In this document: in pieces, positions 59,891 through 62,095 of the stretch | Numbering within the stretch: the stretch's first letter is position 1 | Layout: each line of letters starts with the position of its first letter | DNA from: Hydrolagus affinis | Taxonomy: Eukaryota | Assembly: GCA_012026655.1 (NCBI GenBank) | Contig: JAAILG010001763.1 | Span: 1-62,095, forward strand | Length of the DNA stretch: 62,095 nucleotides | Direction of reading: 5' to 3' | Position numbers and translations under genes: made by a program | The notes under the pieces: model-generated | The model's database searches: none | Seen by the model: only the letters and a program-made list of their open reading frames with translations | What the model was told of the DNA's origin: nothing

Positions 59891-62095
59891 GGGTTTGGGG
59901 GAAGACGTAAAAGAAACTACCTCAGAGTTTATGTACATATGAAGTGTTAGATGCCAAAAGTCAGTTGAGTGGTGTATCCACCTACTCCTTTTAATATTGA
60001 AGTGTTCAAAGAATGATCACTCAGGTGAAGGCACAGAACCTGGAGTCAACACTGAGTTTCTTCAACCTTTGGCAGTTTTGTGTGCTTGTGTTGTTTGAAC
60101 TGACTGCAAGGTAGGCTTTGGAGGATCAGGGCTGTGTTCAGAATTGATGGCTCTTGACCTCATGAAACAAAGCAGAGATCCAGCCAGGGACAAAGCAATG
60201 CTATCCATCATGGAACAGGCGTTGGTGTCCTCAAGTAGTGATTTTGTTATCTTAGTCACTCAGGGGAGGGGTGTGGGTTTGCAGAATGTCCAGCCCACAG
60301 TAAACAGGCGCTTTGTGGTGTGTTAGATGTTGCCTGGCCGTCCAGAGCGGCCTTCTATCACAAAAATCAATATGGATTAGGCCCCGACTATGGAGGATGA
60401 AGCGCTCCATCAGGCAGTGCCAAACACCGCTATCTTCATCACTTGTATCAAAGAGTGAGCAAGATATAGAACGTAAACAAGAAACCTTGAGGTTGCATAC
60501 AAGTATATTATACTGATCGAAAATATTATTTTCAAAGATAACAGTATTGCTTTCTCGATGCTCCATTTATGCTACACTTTTGGCAACAAATCTGCTATAT
60601 TTCTGGCAGAACATACAGTATAAATGTAGACCAGAGCTGCACAAGTGTGCTGAAGCCTGGTGGTGTCATTTATTCACCCACTACAGTATAAACTTGGCTT
60701 GTTTATATGAATCAGACTAGTCTCGTTCCCATCATTTCTAGCTCTCAGAGAATCTGTTTGACTGCCTCGGAGCTTCCCACAATCTCTTTTTATATTAATA
60801 AATGGATCCCGCATCCATGTTAATAACATTTAATTTTTATAAAAATCTAATTTCCGAATGTTCTGAGCAAGCCTTGAACCAAACTGCTAGAATTGTGCAT
60901 CAGAATCTCAGCTCTGATGGTTTGCTGAAGCCATGTAAAAACACACATCACAGTGTCCCAGAAATTGTTTTACTGGATATTATCTGGAAGTATTGGAATC
61001 TTACATTTTTTTTAAGGGTACTCGCTCTATCCAATCCTTCCAGGTAAATACGCCACAAAATGGCTGAAATACATGGTCCGGACCCAATTTTATCTGCACA
61101 TTTAAGATTTACGTGACAAATGAGATTTTCAAAGTAAGTGGAAACAATGCCACCAATTATCCCTGGTGACTGGAAAGCATCAGCTATGTGGAGTTGTTGG
61201 TATTTTGTAATTATGGATATTGATGGCAGAGGGAAAAGGGTAATAGTTCACGGACCTGGTCGTAAGATTTTTTTTGGCTCTTCCCTGTTGCTTGGTTTTA
61301 GATTATTGCCCAATCCAAGGATTTATTGATAATAAAGTTCACGCATCTGTATCTTAAAAATTTAGTTTGAATCTAGAAAAATTAAGGAGGAGGGAAAAAA
61401 ATAATAGTGTGAAACAGAATATCAAGACACTTACAGTAAAACGCACATCAAAGCCCAGGTAATTCAGCCTCTATTGCTGGATAGAATGACACTCACTGAG
61501 CATAGCTGTATTACTTTAGTTCAGCAGCTAAACAGCAAATCAGCACTCATGTGAATCCATGCATCAACATTTTTTTACCCCAAGACAAAAGTGTGCAAAC
61601 TGCATGAATTTTATTCTGGAGCCTGAAGAATTAACTTGCAATATTTTTTTGTCAGCTTTTAGAAATTTATGACTTTAGATGCATAGTGTTCTGTTTGTTC
61701 AGTGGTGACTTTCCAGCTCCCATTTGATGGAAAGATCAGCAGTATTTATCATTGTTGCTGGATCCTGTCTGGAGGTGACTAATGTAGTATAGCTTTACTG
61801 TCTAGATTGCTTGTGAACTGAATTTTACCTATGTGAAAAATGCATCACAAATGTTTTGATTTTTTTTAAAAAATGTGTATCCCGTAAGCATCTGGTACAA
61901 AACAAGGTGTTTATCATTCACTGCTTGTACAATGTATCTGTCGGAAACTGGTTAAAGATTTAATATTTTGATGTGTGATAGAATATCTGTGGAATTTTTC
62001 TTAATATGTTAAATTTACTGATAATGTCTGTATGCAGTGGCCAACGTGGATCATTTGCTTAGACTTTTGTGTTGCTTCTAAATTATTACTTGCAT

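Noticed and set aside
61138-61329. WYFVIMDIDGRGKRVI as the missing last CDIN1 exon
   Set aside because: Only a faint resemblance to WYGFIQELDCNRERGI; it lacks the conserved FGPG and a good phase-2 acceptor, whereas the real exons are highly similar to human.
1-62095. Prokaryotic-type systems (operons, CRISPR, defence islands) or nested protein-coding genes
   Set aside because: The sequence is a spliced vertebrate gene with retroelements; the remaining ORFs are short and show no coding signature I can recognise.

Overview
This is eukaryotic (vertebrate) DNA, most likely from a cartilaginous fish, judging by a shark/ray HER1/HE1-type CR1 tail, a Deu-domain tRNA-SINE family and L2 LINEs. The window holds most of one + strand gene, the CDIN1 (C15orf41) orthologue. 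I assembled 10 coding exons by hand (716 nt = 238 codons + 2 nt, all phases consistent); none appears in the ORF track. Protein: [238 protein letters not shown](R). I did not find the last exon (expected FGPGLVIYWYG...), so it probably lies beyond the window. Intron 7 is a U12 (minor-spliceosome) intron. The rest is intronic: SINEs, L2/CR1 fragments, two inverted-repeat DNA elements, tandem repeats and seven N runs. The best leads are regulatory: an upstream ORF whose stop overlaps the start codon, an exact TALE-homeodomain dimer site beside an N run, six odd N runs in unique sequence, and inverted young L2 tails bracketing the catalytic exon. I found no well-supported new protein-coding system. 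Repeat family names and human comparisons are from memory and need database confirmation.
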